DNA of 64,000 bases from Myxococcota bacterium (GCA_965228475.1 OZ245817.1:4256001-4320000); one strand, 5' to 3'. Counted from the stretch's first letter, positions 27,714 through 38,146 are shown. Made by a program: numbers and translations. The notes: generated by a model not told the origin, from the sequence alone.

Positions 27714-27743
27714 ATCCTACGAGAACCCCGCGGGGGATGTCAA
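27714..27743 (-). promoter_or_regulatory. Candidate sigma70 promoter for the ALDH-USP unit
   Basis: TTGACA-N18-TAGGAT on the minus strand. Confidence 0.55.
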
Positions 27744-27843
27744 TTTGCAAAGGGGCCCAAAGTCCGGCAGCCGCGCGGCGCGGTCCGGCTTGAGAGTGGG
27801 AGGCGAGCGACGGATCCGGCGCGGGCGCTGGTAGCATGCGCGC

Positions 27844-28956
27844 GTGCCCGAGACGCCGCTCTTCCGCCGTTTCCCGGGGCTTTCCGGCCGGTTGCCCCAC
27901 CACGCGCTGCTGGCGGGACCGAGCCCCGTGCGCCCCTTCCCGCTCGACGGCCGGGTCGATTCCTTCGTGAAGTGCGACGCGCGGACGACCCCGCGCTACG
28001 GCGGGAACAAGCCGCGAAAGCTCGAGTTCCTGATCGGCGCCGCGCTCGCCCGCGGCTCGCGGCGACTCGTGACGAGCGGCGGCCTCGGCACGAACCACGG
28101 CCTCGCCACGACGATCCTCGCGAGCGAAGCCGGCCTCGCGACCTCGGTGCTGCTCGTCGACCAACCGCTCTCGGATGCGGTGCGCAACCAGCTCCGGCGC
28201 ATGCACGGCGCGGGAGCACGGCTCTGCTACGGCGGAACCGTCGCGGGCGCGGTGCGCGCGGGGCTTCGGGAGATGGCGCGTTCGACGCGCGCCGGCGAAC
28301 GCCCCACCCTCGTGCCGACCGGCGGAAGCTCCGCGCGCGGGAACCTCGGCTTCGTCTCGGCGGCCCTGGAACTCGCCGAACAGATCGCCGCGGGGGAGCT
28401 TCCGGAACCCGCACGAATCTTCGTCCCGATCGGAAGCGGTGGCACCCTCGCCGGGCTGGTCGTCGGCCTTCGGCTCGCGGGGCTCGACTCGCGCGTGACC
28501 GGCGTCCTCGTCACCGACGTCCTGCCGCCCTCGCCCGCACGGCTCGCGCGTATGGCGCGCGGCACCCTGCGCGGGCTGCGACGCCTCGATCCCGCGATTC
28601 CCGCCCTGCGCTTCCGGCCGAGCGACTTCGACTACCGGGCGGATCAGGTCGGCGGAGGCTACGGCTCGCCGACGGAGGCGGGCGGCGAAGCCCTCGAGGC
28701 CGCGGCCCGGCACGGCATCGTCCTCGACCCGACCTACTCGGCCAAGGCCCTGGCCGGCCTGCGCGCCGACGGCGAGCGTGGCATGCTCGCCGGACCGACG
28801 CTCTTCTGGAACACCTACAACGGCATCGACCCGGCGCCCCATGCGCCGCTCGCCGATCCGTCCGAACTCCCCCGTCCCTTCCAGAAGTTCTTCGCGGACG
28901 AGACCTCGACGCGCGCCGCCCCGGCGGCCGCACCGGCGGAGGCGACGCATCGATGA
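27844..28956 (+). CDS. D-cysteine desulfhydrase/ACC deaminase family PLP enzyme
   Basis: YGGNKPRKLEF, GTNH, GSGGT, LDPTYSAK. Confidence 0.88.
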   Translation: MPETPLFRRFPGLSGRLPHHALLAGPSPVRPFPLDGRVDSFVKCDARTTPRYGGNKPRKLEFLIGAALARGSRRLVTSGGLGTNHGLATTILASEAGLATSVLLVDQPLSDAVRNQLRRMHGAGARLCYGGTVAGAVRAGLREMARSTRAGERPTLVPTGGSSARGNLGFVSAALELAEQIAAGELPEPARIFVPIGSGGTLAGLVVGLRLAGLDSRVTGVLVTDVLPPSPARLARMARGTLRGLRRLDPAIPALRFRPSDFDYRADQVGGGYGSPTEAGGEALEAAARHGIVLDPTYSAKALAGLRADGERGMLAGPTLFWNTYNGIDPAPHAPLADPSELPRPFQKFFADETSTRAAPAAAPAEATHR

Positions 28957-29498
28957 GCGGGTTGCACACCAGCCGCCGCGGGTTTCTCCGGCTCTCTTTC
29001 GGCGGAGCCGCCGGACTCGCGACGCTCGGCAACCTTCGCGCGCTTCCCGCCGGGGCTTCCGACCCGGACGGCCCGGCCGAGGGCTCGTTCTTCTCGGAGG
29101 ACGAACGCGAGGTTCTCGCCGCCATCGCGGAGCGCATGGTCGAGACGGGTGAACCCGGCGCACCGGCGCTCCGGGGAACCGATGCCCTCGGCGTGATCGA
29201 CCGGACCTGCGCCGCGCTGCCCGCGGCGGTCACCGAGCAGCTCCCCCTCGCCCTTCGCCTCTTCGACTGGTGGCCCTTCCTGTTCGAGCTGCGCTTCCGC
29301 CGCTTCCGCGACCTCTCGGCCGAGGAGCGGGACGCGAGCCTCCGCGGCTGGATGGAGAGCCGCTTCGATCTGCGGCGGCTCGCCTTCTTCGCCCTGCGCA
29401 ACCTCTCCCTGCTCGGGTACTGGTCGCAGCGGGAGACCTGGCCCCTGATCGGCTACCGCGGCCCGCTGCTCGAAGACGCCGCCCGGAGCGCATCGTGA
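28953..29498 (+). CDS. Tat-signal protein, gluconate 2-dehydrogenase subunit 3-like
   Basis: SRRGFL twin-arginine signal; C-terminal GYW...W.LIGYRGP; coupled to the GMC gene. Confidence 0.75.
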   Translation: MSGLHTSRRGFLRLSFGGAAGLATLGNLRALPAGASDPDGPAEGSFFSEDEREVLAAIAERMVETGEPGAPALRGTDALGVIDRTCAALPAAVTEQLPLALRLFDWWPFLFELRFRRFRDLSAEERDASLRGWMESRFDLRRLAFFALRNLSLLGYWSQRETWPLIGYRGPLLEDAARSAS

Positions 29499-31033
29499 TC
29501 CGCGACGCCTTCGGGGACGGCCAGGCGCTGCGCGAGCGCGCCGACGTGTGCGTGATCGGCTCGGGCGGGGGCGGAGCGGTCGCCGCGGCGGAGCTCTCGG
29601 AAGCGGGGCTCTCGGTGGTGGTCCTCGAGCAGGGCCATCACTGGACGAGCGCGGACTTCACCCAGCGCGAAGAAGAGATGCTCCCGCGCCTCTTCGAAGA
29701 AGCCGGCATGCGCCAGACCGTCGATGGCGGCGTCGTCGTGCTCCAGGGCCGGAACGTCGGCGGCTCGACGGTCCACAACCTCTGCTACGCGTTCCGGACG
29801 CCGCCCGAGATCCTCGGACTCTGGCGCGACGAGCACGGACTCGCCGAGCTGACCGACGAAGCGATGGCCCCCTCCTTCGAGCGCGTCGAGACCCGGCTCA
29901 AGGTGAAGCCGATCCTCGAACACGAGGTGAACCGGCTGAACCAGCTGATCCGGCAGGGCACCGAGAAGCTCGGCTACTCGGGTTTCGTCACCCGGCACAA
30001 CCGTGAGAACTGCGTGCTGGCCGGCTACTGCATCCTCGGCTGCGCCTACGACGCGAAGCAGTCCATGCTCGTGACCTACGTGCCCCGGGCCGACCAGGCG
30101 GGCGCGCGCATCTTCGCGAACGCCCGGGCGGAGCGCATCGAGGCCGAGAACGGCCGCGCCCGGCGCGTGCTCGGCCACACCGTCGACGCCGCCGGCAACC
30201 CGGACGTGGCGATCGAAGTGGAGGCGAAGGTCGTCGTGCTCGCCGCGGGCGCCGTCGCCAGCCCGGACCTCCTCCTGCGCAGCGGCCTCGCGAACGCAAG
30301 CGGCCAGGTCGGCCGGAACCTCCACCTGCACCCTTCGGTGATGGCGGCGGGGATCTTCGACGAGGAGATCCACCCCTACCGCGGGATCCCCCAGAGCTAC
30401 TACGTCGACGAGTTCATCGACCTGGCCCGCGACCCCCACCGCGGCGTGATCCTGATGCCGATCACGGGCTTTCCCATCCTCACTTCGGTGAGCCTGCCGG
30501 GCTTCGGGCGCGAGCACTTCGAGCACATGCGCGCGTTCTCCCGCACCGCGGGCCTGCTCGCCCTGCTGCACGACCAGAGCGCGGGCAGCGTCACGCCGGG
30601 CGCCTCGCTCTCGAAGCCGGAGATCCGCTACGAACTCGACGCCGACGATGCCCGCCAGCTCGCCGAGGGTCTCGCGCACTCCGCCGAGGTGCTCTTCGCC
30701 GCGGGCGCGCGCGAGGTCGTCGTGCCCTACTACCGGGAGCCGCTGCGGCTCGCACCCGGCGACGACCTCGCCGCCATCCGAGAGCGCGGCGTCGCCATCG
30801 GCGAGATCCAGATCGCCTCGACGCACCCGCAGTCGACCTGCCGCATGGGAAGCGACCCCGCGACCTCCGTCGTGAACGCCTTCGGCGAGACCCACGACGT
30901 GCCGGGCCTGTTCGTCGCGGACATGAGCGTCTTCCCGACTTCGCTCGGGGCGCCCCCGCAGATCACCACCGCCGCCCTCGCCGACCGCACGGCGCGCCAC
31001 ATCGTCGACCGCTGGGACGAGCTCGGAAAGTAG
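29495..31033 (+). CDS. GMC family oxidoreductase
   Basis: VIGSGGGG, VGGST, CxxxGxCxxGC, GRNLHLHP, HPQSTCRMG, FPTSLG. Confidence 0.92.
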   Translation: MIRDAFGDGQALRERADVCVIGSGGGGAVAAAELSEAGLSVVVLEQGHHWTSADFTQREEEMLPRLFEEAGMRQTVDGGVVVLQGRNVGGSTVHNLCYAFRTPPEILGLWRDEHGLAELTDEAMAPSFERVETRLKVKPILEHEVNRLNQLIRQGTEKLGYSGFVTRHNRENCVLAGYCILGCAYDAKQSMLVTYVPRADQAGARIFANARAERIEAENGRARRVLGHTVDAAGNPDVAIEVEAKVVVLAAGAVASPDLLLRSGLANASGQVGRNLHLHPSVMAAGIFDEEIHPYRGIPQSYYVDEFIDLARDPHRGVILMPITGFPILTSVSLPGFGREHFEHMRAFSRTAGLLALLHDQSAGSVTPGASLSKPEIRYELDADDARQLAEGLAHSAEVLFAAGAREVVVPYYREPLRLAPGDDLAAIRERGVAIGEIQIASTHPQSTCRMGSDPATSVVNAFGETHDVPGLFVADMSVFPTSLGAPPQITTAALADRTARHIVDRWDELGK

Positions 31034-31038
31034 GAAGC

Positions 31039-32397
31039 TTGAGCGAACCCGAAGCGTCCGCGCCGACGCAGGGACCGACCGCGTCCCGCGTCTGGCCGCT
31101 CGCCTGGCCGACCATGCTCACGATGGCGCTCAACTCGAGCGTCGGTCTGGCGGACTTCCTCATCGTCGGGCAGCTCGGCGCGGCGGAGCTCGCTGCGGCC
31201 GGCGTCGCCCATCAGCTGCACTTCATGCTGTTCGGCGTGATGGCCGCGGTCACGACCGGCACCGTCGCCCTCGTGGCCCGTTCGTGCGGCGCGGGAAACC
31301 CTCGCGAGGCCGATCGGGTGCTCCGCGTCTCCTGCGCCCTCGGCGCGGGCCTCGGCCTGCTGACGACGGTCGTGGTCCTCCCCGCGGCGGACTTCCTGAT
31401 CGGCCTCTTCGGCGTCGAGCCCGACGTCGCCGCGCCGGCCGCCAGCTACCTCCGCGTCCTGTTCGCGTTCAACGCACCCTTCGCCGTCGGCCTCGTGATC
31501 GCGAGCGGCCTGCGGGGCGCGGGCGACGTGCGCACGCCGCTGTGGGTCGGTGCGATCGTGAACGTCGTCAACGTGTTCCTGAACTACGGCCTCGTGTTCG
31601 GCCGCTTCGGCATGCCCGAGCTCGGCCTCGATGGCTCGGCCCTGGGTTCGGGGATCGCGATCACGCTCGGGCCGGTCATCCTGGGCGCGCTCTGGGCCGC
31701 CGACCGGCTCGTGCTGCCACGCCACGGCTGGCTCGACGGCTTCGAACGGGAGCGCACGCGCTCGATCCTCCGCATCGGCCTGCCGACGGCCATCGAGCAG
31801 ACGATCTGGCAGCTCGGCCTGATCCTCTTCCTGCGGCTCATCGCCGGGTACGGCACCGAGGCCGTCTCGGCCTACCTGATCGGCGTGCGGATCCTCTCCT
31901 TCTCCTTCGTGCCGGGCATCGGCTTCTCGACCGCGGCATCGACGCTGGTCGGCCAGCATCTCGGCGCCGGGCAACCCGCCGAGGCCACGCGCTTCGGCTG
32001 GCGCTCGAACGCGGGGGCGATGGCCGTGATGGGCGCGGTCGGACTCTCGATCATCGCCGCGGCGCGCCCCCTGGCGGGGATGTTCGGCGCGGCCGGAGCG
32101 GAGACCGTCGAGCTCACCGTGCAGTTCATCTACATCCTGGGTGCGGTCCAGCCGCTGATGGCGGTCGAGTTCGCGATCGGCGGCGCGCTGCGGGGCGCCG
32201 GCGACACCCGCTTCCCGCTCGTCGCCATCCTGACGGGCCTGTTCGTCTTCCGGCTGGGAAGCGCCTTCGCCCTCCAGACGTTCTTCGAGCCGACGATCGT
32301 CCAGGTCTGGATGTGTCTGATCTCGGACTACGCCGTGAAGGCGCTCATGCTTGCGTGGCGCTTCGGCTCGGGTCGCTGGCAGCACGTCCGGGTGTAG
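31039..32397 (+). CDS. MATE family efflux transporter
   Basis: 12 TM; LRGAGDVRTP and LRGAGDTRFP repeats. Confidence 0.92.
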   Translation: MSEPEASAPTQGPTASRVWPLAWPTMLTMALNSSVGLADFLIVGQLGAAELAAAGVAHQLHFMLFGVMAAVTTGTVALVARSCGAGNPREADRVLRVSCALGAGLGLLTTVVVLPAADFLIGLFGVEPDVAAPAASYLRVLFAFNAPFAVGLVIASGLRGAGDVRTPLWVGAIVNVVNVFLNYGLVFGRFGMPELGLDGSALGSGIAITLGPVILGALWAADRLVLPRHGWLDGFERERTRSILRIGLPTAIEQTIWQLGLILFLRLIAGYGTEAVSAYLIGVRILSFSFVPGIGFSTAASTLVGQHLGAGQPAEATRFGWRSNAGAMAVMGAVGLSIIAAARPLAGMFGAAGAETVELTVQFIYILGAVQPLMAVEFAIGGALRGAGDTRFPLVAILTGLFVFRLGSAFALQTFFEPTIVQVWMCLISDYAVKALMLAWRFGSGRWQHVRV

Positions 32398-32833
32398 GGG
32401 TCTCCGGAGCGTCCGGGCCGTGCGCGACCCAGCGCAGCACGTCCGTCTCGGTGACGATGCCCAGGAGCTCCTCGTCCCGCACCACCGGCAGGCAGCCGAT
32501 CTTCGCCTCCGCCATGGTCCGCGCGGCCTGGACGATGGTGGCCTCCGGCGAGACGACGATCGGCGGCTCGGACATCACGCGCTCGATCTCGATCGCGTAG
32601 AGGAATGCCTTGCGCTCGTCGGTCCGGTGGGAAGAGAGGTTCGAGAGCGAACTCCGCAGGAGGTCGCGCTCCGAGACCACGCCGACGAGCCGTCCGCCGC
32701 TCACCACGGGCATGTGGCGCACGCGCCCGAGGCGCATGATATCCTCGACCGTAGAGAGGCTCTCCTGCGCACTCACCGTGACGATCTTCGTCTGCATGAT
32801 CGCGCGCACGGGCGTCTGGTCGGTGGTGTTCAT
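32345..32833 (-). CDS. CBS domain protein (AcuB-like)
   Basis: RHMPVV..LVGVVSERD and IGCLPVV..LGIVTETD; C-terminal tail overlaps the MATE gene. Confidence 0.88.
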   Translation of the reverse strand: MNTTDQTPVRAIMQTKIVTVSAQESLSTVEDIMRLGRVRHMPVVSGGRLVGVVSERDLLRSSLSNLSSHRTDERKAFLYAIEIERVMSEPPIVVSPEATIVQAARTMAEAKIGCLPVVRDEELLGIVTETDVLRWVAHGPDAPETPTPGRAASDPSRSATQA

Positions 32834-32874
32834 CGGGACTCCGATCGACGACGACGAGGAAGGAGTCTACACCC

Positions 32875-33339
32875 ATGGCCCCGGCCGATGGAAAGAACGA
32901 TGGGAAGATGAGCCGTCGCGAAACGCACGCAGGCCAGACGAAACCGGACCCGGAGGACGCGTTCCCGCCGGAGGAATCCGCGGGGACGGACCCGCAGCTG
33001 GCCGGACTCCCGGACCTCGCCAAGCGCGTGCTCGCCCTGGGGCTCTCGGGAATGTTCGCCACCCAGGAGAGCGTCCGGCAGGCCGTGGGCGATGCGCTGC
33101 CCAAGGAATGGGTCGACTTCGCTGCCGGCCAGAGCGAGCGCACGCGGGCCGAGTTCCTGGAGCGCCTCGCCGGGGAGCTCGCCCGGACGCTCGAGAGCAT
33201 CGACCTCGCGCGGGTGATGCAGCGCGCCCTCGAGGGCCGCACCCTCGAGGTGACGGCCAAGATCCGGATGCTGCCGGACGAGCCGGGCAAGACGGGAACG
33301 CGTCTTTCACTCACCATGGAGGACGACCCGAGTGAGTGA
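32875..33339 (+). CDS. Conserved hypothetical protein
   Basis: SD AGGAG; helical protein leading a 4-gene coupled operon. Confidence 0.7.
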   Translation: MAPADGKNDGKMSRRETHAGQTKPDPEDAFPPEESAGTDPQLAGLPDLAKRVLALGLSGMFATQESVRQAVGDALPKEWVDFAAGQSERTRAEFLERLAGELARTLESIDLARVMQRALEGRTLEVTAKIRMLPDEPGKTGTRLSLTMEDDPSE

Positions 33340-34645
33340 GCCGGTCCCGGAGACGAGCCCGGTCCCGGAGCGGAGCTTCGCGCGGGCCGCGGCGGGCTGG
33401 GCGGTCCTGCTGGTCCTGCTCGGCTACGCCGGGTTCGTGCACCACGGCCTCGGCCCGGTCCCCGACGGCACCATCGAGGTCTACAGCCCGCGCGAGTTCC
33501 TGCTGGCCGAGTCCTGGATCGAACCCTTCGAAGAGCGGCCCGGGCTGGGCGTCCTCGCCTTCGCCGCACCCGCCGTGCTCCTCGCAGTCGGCGTGTTCGT
33601 GCTCACGGCTTCGGCGGTCGCGCGCACGCTCGCCGTCGCGGGCGTGGTCGCTTCCATCCTGTTCGCCTTCTACGGGCTGCGGCCTCCAGGACCCGGCATC
33701 TGGCGCTTCTTCGGCTGGCGCGGTTCCGGGGTCATGGCCGGGCTCGCCCTGGTGATCGCCGCGACCTCCACGGCACCCCTCCTGGCCCGCAGCTGGCTTC
33801 GGCTTCCGACCTGGGGGCGGGTCCTCGTCTACCTCCCGGTGTTCCTGCTCGTGGTCGTCCTGCTCCGCAACGTCACGGGAACCGACCCGACGCTGCGCTT
33901 CGCGATCTCGCCCTGGCCCGTCGTCCCGCTGTTCGGCATGACGATCGGGAGCGTCGCGATCCTCGGACTGCTCGCGGGCATGACCGCCGCGGCCTTCGCC
34001 TTCACCCACACCGGGGGCCTGCGCATCGCGGGGATCGCGGTCGGGCTCCTCCTTCCCGCGGTCTGGTTCAAGCTCTGGCACGGCACCGTGCCCGACGCGG
34101 GCCTCGGTGCGATCACCGCCGTCGCAGCGGCGTGCATCGCCGCCGCGCTGCTGAGCGTCCAGAAACCGGCCCTCAAGCTTCGGGCGCGCGGGCTCGCCTG
34201 GGGCACGATCCTCGCGGCGGCACCGCTGCTCGCCGGCGAGGCACTCGCAAGCTTCGACTATTCGCGCACGCGCGAGGGTTCCGCCCGAGAGATCATCACC
34301 GCCCTCGACGCTTACTATGCGAAGCACGAGGAATACCCCGAAGAGCTCGCCGAGCTCGTCGACGGCGGCTACATCGAAGCGATCCCGCAGCCGAGCATCG
34401 GCTTCTCGGCCTTCGGCGGCGAGCAGGAGTTCGCCTACCAGAGCTTCGGCATCAGCTACAACCTCGAGTTCTCGGCACCGGACTGGGTGCAGTGCGCCTA
34501 CAACCCGGCCTGGGCCGAGGAGGACTGGGAAGAAGAGGAGGAGGAAGCCGAGGCCGAAGCGGACGAGGCCGACGACCCCTCCGACGAGGAGCACTCGCTC
34601 GAAGAATCCTGGTCGTGCCCCTCGAGCCCGCCCGAACTCTGGTGA
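33332..34645 (+). CDS. Polytopic membrane protein with pilin/T2SS-G-like C-terminal domain
   Basis: About 9 TM, then IITALDAYY...YPEELAELV..YI..IP. Confidence 0.7.
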   Translation: MSEPVPETSPVPERSFARAAAGWAVLLVLLGYAGFVHHGLGPVPDGTIEVYSPREFLLAESWIEPFEERPGLGVLAFAAPAVLLAVGVFVLTASAVARTLAVAGVVASILFAFYGLRPPGPGIWRFFGWRGSGVMAGLALVIAATSTAPLLARSWLRLPTWGRVLVYLPVFLLVVVLLRNVTGTDPTLRFAISPWPVVPLFGMTIGSVAILGLLAGMTAAAFAFTHTGGLRIAGIAVGLLLPAVWFKLWHGTVPDAGLGAITAVAAACIAAALLSVQKPALKLRARGLAWGTILAAAPLLAGEALASFDYSRTREGSAREIITALDAYYAKHEEYPEELAELVDGGYIEAIPQPSIGFSAFGGEQEFAYQSFGISYNLEFSAPDWVQCAYNPAWAEEDWEEEEEEAEAEADEADDPSDEEHSLEESWSCPSSPPELW

Positions 34646-35994
34646 GCGACCCCCTTTCCCTGCCGCGACGGATCGAGCGCGCCCGGCGCATCGGAACCAC
34701 CTTCGGCCGCGTCTACCTCGGCATCAAGGCGAACCAGCTCCTGGCCCGGGGGCTCGACGAAGCGACCATGCGCAGGCGCTGGTCCGCGTTCCATCGCAGC
34801 AGCGCCAGGTCCATCCACTCGGCCGCGGTCGATCTGCGCGGGCTGATCCTGAAGGGCTGCCAGTTCCTCGGGTCGCGGGCGGACGTGCTCCCGCCCGAGT
34901 ACGTCGAGGTGCTCTCGCGCCTCCAGGACCGCGTCCCGCCGCATCCGTTCCGCGTCGTCCGCACCCTCGTCGAGCAGGAGCTCGGCGTTCCCCTCGAAGA
35001 CCGCTTCGCGTCCTTCTCGCGGCGGCCGATCGCTTCGGCCTCGCTGGCCCAGGTCCACGAGGCCCAGCTGAAGGACGGCCAGCGGGTCGCCGTGAAGGTG
35101 CAGTACCCCGAGATCGCATCCCTCGTGAAGAGCGACCTCGCGAACCTCCAGGCGCTCTTCCGCGCCGTCGGCGTGATCGAACGCGACTTCGACCTCATGC
35201 CGCTCGTCGACGAGCTCGGCCGCTACGTGCCGCGCGAGCTCGACTTCGAGAACGAGGCCCGCAACGCCGAGGCCATCGCCGCCCAGTTCGCCCACCGCAA
35301 GGACATCGTCGTCCCGAAGATCCACTGGGAGCTCACCGCCCGTCGCGTGCTCGTGATGGAGTTCGTCGAGGGGATCAAGATCAGCGACGTCGATGCCCTC
35401 GACGCGGCGGGCATCGACCGGGCGCGCGTCTCCGCGCTGCTCGTCGAGTGCTTCGCCGAGCAGGTCCTGACCCACGGCTTCTTCCACGCGGACCCCCACC
35501 CGGGCAACCTGCGGATCCAGACCGGCCCCGACGGCCCCCGCCTCGTGCTGCTCGACTTCGGACTCGCGAAGGACCTGCCGCCGAACTTCCGGCGCGGCGT
35601 CGTCTCCTTCTTCACTGCGATGTTCCAGGAGCAGCCGGAGGCCGCCGCGGCCGCGCTCCTCGACCTCGGCTTCGAAACGCGCGACGGCGGGGCCGACTCG
35701 CTCGAGGGCGTCGCCCGCGTGCTCCTCGAAGAAGGCCGGGAGCTCCGGCGCCGGGCCTTCCTCTCCCGAGACCGCGCGCGCGACGCCGGCCGCGAGATCC
35801 AGGACATCATCCGGCGCAACCCGATCGTGCGGATGCCGAGCCACCTCGTGCTGATGGGCCGCGTCCTCGGCCTGCTCTCGGGCGTGGGCCGCTCCCTCGG
35901 TGCGAACGTGAACCTCCTCGAAGTGCTCCTGCCCTACGCCCTCGGCACCACCGCCCCGGCCGACGGCGCGCCTCCCGCCGCGGAGACCGATTGA
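34642..35994 (+). CDS. AarF/UbiB (ABC1) atypical kinase
   Basis: LKGCQ, SASLAQVH, VKVQYP, HADPHPGN, LDFG. Confidence 0.92.
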   Translation: MSDPLSLPRRIERARRIGTTFGRVYLGIKANQLLARGLDEATMRRRWSAFHRSSARSIHSAAVDLRGLILKGCQFLGSRADVLPPEYVEVLSRLQDRVPPHPFRVVRTLVEQELGVPLEDRFASFSRRPIASASLAQVHEAQLKDGQRVAVKVQYPEIASLVKSDLANLQALFRAVGVIERDFDLMPLVDELGRYVPRELDFENEARNAEAIAAQFAHRKDIVVPKIHWELTARRVLVMEFVEGIKISDVDALDAAGIDRARVSALLVECFAEQVLTHGFFHADPHPGNLRIQTGPDGPRLVLLDFGLAKDLPPNFRRGVVSFFTAMFQEQPEAAAAALLDLGFETRDGGADSLEGVARVLLEEGRELRRRAFLSRDRARDAGREIQDIIRRNPIVRMPSHLVLMGRVLGLLSGVGRSLGANVNLLEVLLPYALGTTAPADGAPPAAETD

Positions 35995-36968
35995 CCCTCG
36001 AAGTCGGCATGGCCCTCGGCGGAAGCGCGACCGCCTCCGACTTCGCCGAGCGCCTCGAACGCGTCCTGCACGCCGAGGCGATCGGGATGCACTCGGTCTG
36101 GCTGCCCGAGAATCACTTCACGCCCGCGGCGAGTGCCTCGCCGCTCCTGGCGCTCGCCGCCTTCGCCGCGCGCACGGAGCGTCTGCGTCTCGGCACGACG
36201 TCGCTGCTCGTCTCGGTGCACCACCCGCTCCGGGTCGCCGACGAGGTCTCCGCCCTCGACGCGCTCTCGGGCGGGCGGGTCTGGCTCGGTCTCGGGCGCG
36301 GCTTTCGCGCGCCGCTCTTCCGGGGCTTCGGCGTCGAGCCGGGAACCAAGCGGGACCGCTTCGACGCGGCCCTCGACGCCATCCTCTCGGTGTGGTCCGG
36401 AGAGCCGGTCACGCTGAAGGACGACTTCTTCGAGACCCAGGGAAGCAGCGTGCAGTCCGCCCTGCGCCCCACCCAGCGGCCGCACCCTCCCCTGCTCGTC
36501 GCGGCGTTCGGCCGCAAGGGCCTCACCCAGGCCGCACGGCGGGGCCTGCCCTACCTCGCTTCGCCGCTCGAGCCGCTCGAGCTCCTCGCCGAGAACCACG
36601 CCTTCCATCGCGACCACCTGGCGCAGCCCATCCAGGCCGGTGTGGCCCGCGCGCCGGTCATGCGCACGGTCCACGTCGCCGACGACGACGTCGGCGCCGC
36701 GCGGGTCTTCGCCGGCCTCGAGGCGGAGCGCCGGCGCATGCCCTCGGGCCCCATGCCCAAGGCCCTGGCGCGAGCCTCCGAGGGCGAGCTCGAGGATCGC
36801 GTGCTCGTCGGGACCCGAGCGCAGATCGAGGACGGCATCGGAACCTATCGCGAGCGCGTGGGGATGGATCTGCTGATTGCGCGGGGCGAGGTGCCGGGCG
36901 TCGATGCTGCGGCCCAGCGCGCCTCGAACGAAGCGCTCCTCGAGATCGCGGCCGGCTTCGCGGCCTAG
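35991..36968 (+). CDS. LLM-class flavin/F420-dependent oxidoreductase
   Basis: WLPENHF, ARTERLRLGT, LDALSGGR..LGLGRG, QRPHPP. Confidence 0.88.
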   Translation: MTLEVGMALGGSATASDFAERLERVLHAEAIGMHSVWLPENHFTPAASASPLLALAAFAARTERLRLGTTSLLVSVHHPLRVADEVSALDALSGGRVWLGLGRGFRAPLFRGFGVEPGTKRDRFDAALDAILSVWSGEPVTLKDDFFETQGSSVQSALRPTQRPHPPLLVAAFGRKGLTQAARRGLPYLASPLEPLELLAENHAFHRDHLAQPIQAGVARAPVMRTVHVADDDVGAARVFAGLEAERRRMPSGPMPKALARASEGELEDRVLVGTRAQIEDGIGTYRERVGMDLLIARGEVPGVDAAAQRASNEALLEIAAGFAA

Positions 36969-36980
36969 AGGGTGTGCGGC

Positions 36981-37160
36981 CTAGGAATCGCCGCTGCGGG
37001 TGAAGGTGACGAAGGCCATCGACGGGCGCTTCGAGGAGTCGCGCATCGCGAACTGCATGCCGTCGTAGGTCCAGCCCTGGCCGACCCACTCGTTCAACAC
37101 CTTCTGGATTTCTTCGTCGGTGACCGTCGAGATCTCGACGACCTTGTACTCCGTGGACAC
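36981..37160 (-). CDS. DUF4177-like small protein (59 aa), absent from the ORF track
   Basis: Manual translation MSTEYKVVEISTVTDEEIQKVLNEWVGQGWTYDGMQFAMRDSSKRPSMAFVTFTRSGDS; EYKVV...LN..GW pattern. Confidence 0.8.
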   Translation of the reverse strand: MSTEYKVVEISTVTDEEIQKVLNEWVGQGWTYDGMQFAMRDSSKRPSMAFVTFTRSGDS

Positions 37161-37171
37161 CAGAAACCCCT

Positions 37172-38146
37172 TCAGGGTGCGAGCCGCGCCGCCACTTCCT
37201 TGGCGGCGTAGGTGAGTATCAAATCCGCGCCGGCGCGCCGGATGGCCACGAGCGCCTCTTCCATCGCGCGTTCGCCGTCGATCCAGCCGCGCTCGGCGGC
37301 CGCGTGGATCATCGCGTACTCCCCGGAGACGTGGTAGGCGGCGAGCGGAACGTCGAAGCGCTCCCGGGCCTGGGAGAGCACGTCGAGGTAGGGAAGCGCC
37401 GGCTTCACCATCAGCGCGTCGGCGCCCTCTTCGAGATCGAGCTCCATCTCGCGCAAGGCCTCACGGCCGTTGGCCGGATCCATCTGGTAGCTGCGCCGGT
37501 CTCCGAAGGCGGGCGTCGATTCGGCCGCGTCGCGGAACGGGCCGTAGTAGGCGCTCGCGAACTTCGCGGCGTAGGAGAGGATCGGAACGGCTTCGAAGGA
37601 CGCCTCGTCGAGGGCGGTGCGGATCGCCCCGACGCGGCCGTCCATCATGTCGGAGGGCGCGACGACGTCCGCGCCCGCGCGCGCGTGGGAAACGGCGGCG
37701 GCAGCCAGCCGCTCGAGGCTCGGATCGTTCGCCACGTCGCCGTCCTCGATCACGCCGCAGTGCCCGTGGTCCGTGTACTCGCAGAGGCAGACGTCGGTGA
37801 TCACGCAGAGTTCGGGCTCGGCCTGCTTCACCGCGGCCACCGCACGCTGGACGATCCCGCCTCCGTCGTCCGCGCCGCTCCCGACGGCGTCCTTCTCGTT
37901 CGGGATCCCGAACAGGATCACGGCCGGGATGCCGACGTCGCGCACGCGCTTGGCTTCGTCCACGAGCGCATCCACGGAGTGGCGATGAACCCCGGGCATC
38001 GAGGCCACCGGCTCGCGCACGCCCTGCCCTTCGACGACGAAGAGCGGCAGCACGAGATCGTCCCGGGAAAGCCGGGTCTCGCGCACCATCCGGCGCAGCG
38101 CATCGGTCCGGCGCAGGCGCCGCGGGCGAACGATGGGAAAGCTCAT
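37172..38146 (-). CDS. hemB: Porphobilinogen synthase
   Basis: [39 protein letters not shown]. Confidence 0.96.
   Translation of the reverse strand: MSFPIVRPRRLRRTDALRRMVRETRLSRDDLVLPLFVVEGQGVREPVASMPGVHRHSVDALVDEAKRVRDVGIPAVILFGIPNEKDAVGSGADDGGGIVQRAVAAVKQAEPELCVITDVCLCEYTDHGHCGVIEDGDVANDPSLERLAAAAVSHARAGADVVAPSDMMDGRVGAIRTALDEASFEAVPILSYAAKFASAYYGPFRDAAESTPAFGDRRSYQMDPANGREALREMELDLEEGADALMVKPALPYLDVLSQARERFDVPLAAYHVSGEYAMIHAAAERGWIDGERAMEEALVAIRRAGADLILTYAAKEVAARLAP

Noticed and set aside
32345..32397. 53-bp convergent overlap of the CBS and MATE genes
   Set aside because: A low-complexity tail from stop-codon drift, common in GC-rich genomes
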